Source of the DNA: Malacoraja senta | Taxonomy: Eukaryota | DNA length: 64,000 nt | Direction of reading: 5' to 3' | NCBI GenBank assembly: GCA_038087875.1 | Contig: JAXLNO010000648.1 | Location: 1 to 64,000, forward strand | Shown here: positions 63,352 to 64,000 of the stretch, piece after piece | Layout of the letters: the number at the start of each line of letters is the position of its first letter | Position numbering within the stretch: position 1 is the first letter of the stretch | Position numbers and translations under genes: made by a program | The notes under the pieces: generated by a model | Database searches by the model: none | Seen by the model: the letters and a program-made list of their open reading frames with translations, nothing else | Told to the model about the DNA's origin: nothing

Positions 63352-64000
63352 CTAGACCAAGTGGGACCCGTTGGATCCCTGTCACATGGGAGGCCTGGTC
63401 CTCCAACGCAACCGGAACCCCAATGCAATATTCCACCACTCGCCCGTTCTCCCAATGCAACCCAGTCCCCCCAACGCAATATTGCACCACTCACGTATAG
63501 GCCCCAACTGCGCAAGCACGGCTCATTTCCCCTCATCCCCCAGCACTCCCTCCCCCTCCTCTTCACCCTCCCCAATCCCTCCCTCACCTCAAACCCCCCC
63601 CTTTCCCCTACCCTTAGTCACTCCCTCCATAACTCCTCTCCCCTCCTATCCCCCACTCCATTCCCCCTCCTCCTCCTCCTCTATTCCCCCTCCTCCCCTC
63701 CCTCTATTCCCCCCTCCCTCTATTCCCCCCTCCCTCTATTCCCCCCCTCCCTCTATTCCCCCCCCTCCCTCTATTCCCCCCTCCCTCTATTCCCCCCTCC
63801 CTCTATTCCCCCCCTCCTCCTTCTAGTCCCCCCCCTCTATTACCCCTCCTTTATTCCCCCTCCTCCCCCACTTTCCTCCTCTCCCTCCCCACTCCTTCCT
63901 CTCCCTCAATCCCCCCCACTCTCCCTCCTCAGGATCTTTCCCCTCTCCTCATCCCCTCCATAATCCCTCATCTCTCGCTCCCTCTACTTTCCCCTACCCT
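63352..64000 (-). mobile_element. Helitron 3' end (same family as 21533-23896), running off the window, with a C-rich satellite
   Basis: actagaccaagtgggacccgttggatccctgtcacatgggaggcctggtcc closely matches 21532-21582. (ctccctctattcccccc)n repeats at about 63680-63860. Confidence 0.8.

Noticed and set aside
63361..63963. Pro/Ser/Leu-rich ORFs
   Set aside because: Translation of the C-rich Helitron satellite.
1..64000. CRISPR array, rRNA or prokaryotic operon
   Set aside because: No regularly spaced repeat-spacer array or rRNA similarity; the sequence is intron-containing vertebrate DNA.

Overview
Vertebrate genomic DNA, most likely from a cartilaginous fish (skate/ray-like). This is inferred from the repeat landscape: HER1/CR1-type LINEs, HE1-like V-SINEs and abundant Penelope-like elements. 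Two small leucine-rich proteoglycan genes lie on the minus strand. Osteoglycin (OGN) has six coding exons at 27310->782 and encodes 314 aa. Osteomodulin (OMD) has two coding exons at 49345->44432 and encodes 383 aa. Their order and orientation match the ECM2-ASPN-OMD-OGN cluster, which in mammals is nested in a CENPP intron; no CENPP exon is visible here. The rest is intronic/intergenic DNA full of mobile elements: CR1, Rex/Babar, L1, RTE, Penelope, two Tc1 families, Helitrons, a Harbinger MITE, a DIRS1-type element and SINEs. The most notable observations are: (1) a DIRS element with near-perfect termini around ruined ORFs; (2) an L1 fragment flanked by a 367-bp direct duplication; (3) an OMD lacking the acidic C-terminal tail and Tyr-rich N-terminus of mammalian osteoadherin; (4) two related Helitrons carrying opposite-polarity G/C satellites; (5) a Passport-like Tc1 with an open but probably dead transposase; (6) hammerhead-like motifs in Penelope ends; and (7) a 34-bp palindrome with an 8-bp target-site-like duplication. 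I found no convincing wholly new multi-gene system. Repeat boundaries are approximate unless termini are quoted.
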